A program made the translations under genes and the position numbers. The notes below the pieces were generated by a model. It made no database searches. It had not been told where the DNA came from and saw only the letters and a program-made list of their open reading frames with translations. DNA of 63,681 bases, filler included. It is 17 parts of 17 records of this genome, joined end to end, with 100 filler letters (N's around TTAATTAATTAA, not from the genome) between each part and the next. Parts side by side here need not be neighbours in the genome. Positions count along the whole stretch, not along the records: positions 57,089 to 60,332 come from SRR9188676_2257; positions 60,433 to 63,681 come from SRR9188676_2259; 15 more parts are not named here. One strand, written 5' to 3'. This document shows, in pieces, positions 60,101 through 63,681 of this stretch (position 1 is the first letter of the stretch; each line of letters starts with the position of its first letter).

Positions 60101-60311
60101 ACTTCGTCCCCGACCCATCTGGCGAATAAGATACAAGGACTTCTATCAGGTTGTCCATAAAGTAAAGATCGGAGAGCATCACATTGCTTCTGTTGACTTC
60201 CCCATCAACCCAAAGATTTGAAGCACCCTGTGAAAATCTCCGAGAAGGAAGTGGTAGTTGCCCAAGCCGTCTTCTGAAGTCGCTTTCAAGAAGTTGGATG
60301 GCACAATGCAA
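57116..60311 (-). CDS. Large protein fragment: helical/coiled-coil N-half plus tandem ASH/PapD-like Ig domains
   Basis: 1065-codon open frame filling the contig. INFGSV..LHVMNLSSLPMLFK, LDLPTV..FIKNNGQVSISY..GIVLPGET and FLVSNPGNEVL are ASH-type motifs. Confidence 0.65.
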
Positions 60312-60652
60312 GAGGGACTTTTTTTTTTTTGANNNNNNNNNNNNNNNNNNNNNNNNNNNNNNNNNNNNNNNNNNNNTTAATTAATTAANNNNNNNNNNNN
60401 NNNNNNNNNNNNNNNNNNNNNNNNNNNNNNNNTTACCTTAATTGTGATGGTTTGGCAACGATTCTGGTAATTATGAGCTGTTTTTAGTATAAGCTAAAGA
60501 GTCCACATTCAGAGCCTCACCCAGTGCCACAAGAGGTTTACCCCCCCTCTGAAACATACCTAAGGGTCTTTTTTATCTATGTTGGGATGTTTCAGTTTTT
60601 GCGCCCTATTTTCGGATCAGGTTTGTTGATTTTCCTCTTTATGTATATGCAG

Positions 60653-62724
60653 TATCGATGTGGAATCCTCACATGACCTGATCTCCAACAGTCCCTCCGG
60701 CATCTCTTCCGCAGGTGAGTAATACAATGTGTAATATGCTCGTCTATCATTGACATCCATCGTCGTGATGTGATTCAATGCGATGTGATGTGCTCAATGT
60801 GCTGCGTTGTGATTCCTTCTCACACGTGTTCTAATTATCCTCAAAAGCCGTCGAACGATCACACTGGTAATCTCATGCTGTGAATGTGCCTGTCTGCAGA
60901 GTACCACCTTAAGTGGTGCAATCTCCTTGTGTATGGTGTGTAAGGATGATGATGATGCAACTCTCAAATTGATGACGTTGGTAATATTATCCTGTGAATG
61001 TGCTTGTCCTATATGCAGAATACCACCCTGAGCAGTGCAATCTCCTTGTGTATGGTGTACGAGGGGGTAAATTCCATCTCGTCGATACCCGTGTCGCATC
61101 GGACTGCAGGAAAGCCGAAGCAAGTAAGTATTTACGAAGATATGTTTTTGATAAGAATAATCATCTCACACATATTCACACATTCTAACATTCCCATTCA
61201 CACAAAACCGCCCATGGTTTTTCTGCGGTCGATAGTGAGATCGCAGAATGACATTGATGTTGTTGTCTGAATATTTCATCCATCACTATTTATCTGTGTC
61301 TTCTCTTGACTTCCTCTCATTTTCATCATCCAAGAGTCACTACTTCCCTCTCGAAAGCCGAAACAAGTCTGGTTGTCACTTGCTCAACTGCTCACACTGC
61401 ATTCGCCCGCAGCAATTGTCTTTTTATTTCCTTAATTTCCGCGTCTGCCTGATTAGGTCATTTCTATCACCCCATCCGTTTCAGTTGCTATATTCGTCTG
61501 TAGCGAATGTATGTATTATTTTCTTTGAACAATGATTTTGGCAATTAGCTTATTGCTTTACGAGCTTCTGATGCTTCCCCTTTTCTTTCAATCATTCAGG
61601 TTCGCTTCCGCTTCATTTCACATTCCTCCTCTCACCTAATTGTTTCCTCGTTCTGCTCTCTTCATCCTCTTTTCATCGTTTTCATTCCTTTCTGTACGAA
61701 CTTTTCTTTTGGTTTTCTTATTCTTTTTTCTACTTTCTTGTTTTCCTTCCTTCCTTCCCCATCCGTTGCTTCCCTCTTTCTTTTTTGTGTGATGTGTATA
61801 ACTATGATGTCGCGTGCATCGCAGTTCAAGGGTATGGACAGAGCAGCCAGAGTACGTGCGAAACCATGCCTGTGATGCAGTTCCATCCCCATTACACACA
61901 CACCCTGCACTATCGCGATGTTTTCTCCATGCAGGTATGAAATCCATCTCTATCTCTATATCTCTGTCTCCATATCTCTATCTCTATCTCTCTTCATTCA
62001 TTCATTTATTCCAGTTCTTCGACACGCGTCGTCCAGGTTGCGCCCTCGATACCTTCGCCATGCTGCTATCCTATCTCCCCGATCTTCCGCTCCCCCACTC
62101 CCCCGTCATTTCACCTGCTCTTTTCTCCATTTCTTCATCTTCTTCCAGCTCTTTTGCCACGCGGAAGATGCACCAAATTCTCATTTCCTCCCTTTCCCTC
62201 CCCTTTTTTTCTTCCTCCTTTCTCTTTCTTTTCCTATACAGTTCTTTGACACGCGTCGCCCAGGTCGCGCCCTCGACACCTTCGCCTTGCTGCCTACGTA
62301 TCTCTCCCCGATATTCCGCTCCCGCTACGACACCACCCCCGCACTACACCTGCACCGCTTCCAAACATGCTTCTCTTCCTCCTCATACGGACCCTACAGC
62401 TTTTCCGGCACTTTTTCCAGCACCCTCGGAATGGTTGACAGAAAGTTCTCTCTTCAGAGCTATCTCTCGGCATCTGATCGCTTCTATAAGTCTGGCAGAG
62501 TGTATCGAAGCAAGCATGTCATAGGGAGCACTGAGCTAGAATTCGACTTAGCGAATCCACCGGTCTGGTGTGTGGCTAGTCATCCTGAGGAGCCTATAGT
62601 GTCATATGCTACGGGATCGAGTCTGTGTGTGTGTACATTAGAGAAAGGCTCATTGCCGTTTTCGGCTACCCCGAGTGTACGATCATCATCCTCATCATTA
62701 TCGTCATCAAGGCTATCTAGATAA
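60653..62724 (+). CDS. Divergent PP2A B55/Cdc55-like WD40 subunit, 5' truncated
   Basis: Exons 60653-60714, 61019-61123, 61825-61934 and 62242-62724: ISSAEYHPEQCNLLVY..GKFHLVDTR..YRDVFSMQ|FFDTR..VASHPEEPIVSYATGSSL. These parallel B55 ITAAEFHP/TRDYLSVK/AWHPKENIIAVA. Confidence 0.75.
61136..61213 (+). repeat. Copy 3 of the dispersed repeat (intronic, diverged)
   Basis: GAAGAT..TTTGATAAGAATAATCATCT..CATATTCAC..TTCTAACATTCCCATTCACACAAAACCGCCC. Confidence 0.8.
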
Positions 62725-63600
62725 GGCGGGACTGAACCACGTCACTTTTTTCCATGTGAAAAACACACCAGTATTTTTCTCTCAAGGAGGAGTGAGTGTG
62801 TTTCCAGACCTATTTTGATTTGCATTTTTCAGCTGCACTGAATGACCGGTCATCGGCATCATTATCATCATTATCATCACATCATTATCATCATTATCAT
62901 TATCGTCGAACCATTCTCACACTATTCTCATCATGATCTTACCGCGCTCGAGAAAACGGCCTTCAGGCGATGCGTTGGGCCTTCAGTCAACACCTCACAC
63001 GACCGTCAAGCCTCGTTAATTATTAATTACTCGTATATATTTGCCACACATGGCTTCAGTCTGAGGAGGGAAATCCAATGTTTTCAATTTATTGCCCTTT
63101 TCAAACAATTCCACAACGACAATATGAGCGCATTATTCAACTCGACATCCTGGAAAGTATCATCCCTGCGTTTTCCTTTTTTCTCTCGATCTTTGGCGTT
63201 AACTGTGTTGTTTTAATTCAGATGATAATTTATAGCCTAATTAATTCCATATTCCTCCTGCTCTAAGTAGACTGTGATATTCTCTTCATTTTGAGCATGG
63301 AACGAATGCCCCAGCCTGCCAACTCATCGCTTATTATTCGCATGATGAGCTTATTCATTGTTTTATCGATCTTTCTTTATCTATCGTTCACATATCCATT
63401 TCACAAGTCAACTTTTATCGCTTCTATTCCCACAGAACCTCCTTACCGCTCGGATTACTATATATCATGACTATTTTATGATTAGTATCTATATTCTATC
63501 TTATTTTCTGTTTAACGGTCCGCAGTGTTCTGCTGCGATGTCGAATAGACTTTGACTGACGATACGAGCAACTAGTGCTGATTGTACACATCTGATATAT

Positions 63601-63681
63601 GAAGATGTATTTGATGAGAATAATCATCTTCGCATATTCACGCTCTTTCATATTCTGCCATTTCCATTCACACAAAACCAC
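63601..63681 (+). repeat. Copy 4 of the dispersed repeat, at the window end
   Basis: GAAGAT..TTTGATGAGAATAATCATCT..CATATTCAC..TTCTGCCATTTCCATTCACACAAAACCAC. Confidence 0.8.

Noticed and set aside
1-63681. Alternative genetic code or U12-type introns
   Set aside because: Reconstructed exons contain no in-frame stops, TAA/TAG/TGA all end genes, and the donors I used are GT without the RTATCCTT signature.

Overview
The window is not one locus. It is 17 contigs joined by 16 artificial 100-nt spacers (N44-TTAATTAATTAA-N44). Sixteen contigs come from an intron-rich eukaryote with the standard code and GT-AG introns (many 54-71 nt). It is probably a flagellated protist, because it carries DRC5/TCTE1. 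By splicing exons by hand I recovered: a PH-domain protein, an ER/K-helix kinase, transportin-3, an ePHD protein, a GT43 exon, a CK1-like gene lacking the catalytic Asp, KHDC4, a complete RPB5, an MsrA-like gene resembling bacterial VPGUxxT thioredoxin-like (seleno)proteins, a QLQ/SNF2 N-terminus, a RanBP2-ZnF protein, Hsp101/ClpB, a BTB-SPRY protein, a Pol theta segment with a very short linker, DRC5, twinfilin, a FANCB-like gene, RNPS1/SR45, a large ASH-domain protein and a divergent PP2A-B55. Contig 36029-46591 is an AT-rich, intronless Bacteroidota (Cytophagales-like) rhamnose/RG-II utilisation locus (GH2, GH106, secreted NIPSNAP, rhaM, GH142-like). The best leads are the VPGUxxT/MsrA-like gene, two duplicated acceptor+exon heads in the B55 gene, the CK1 pseudokinase, the compact Pol theta, and a dispersed repeat at contig breaks. 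All family calls are motif recognition from memory; no database searches were run.
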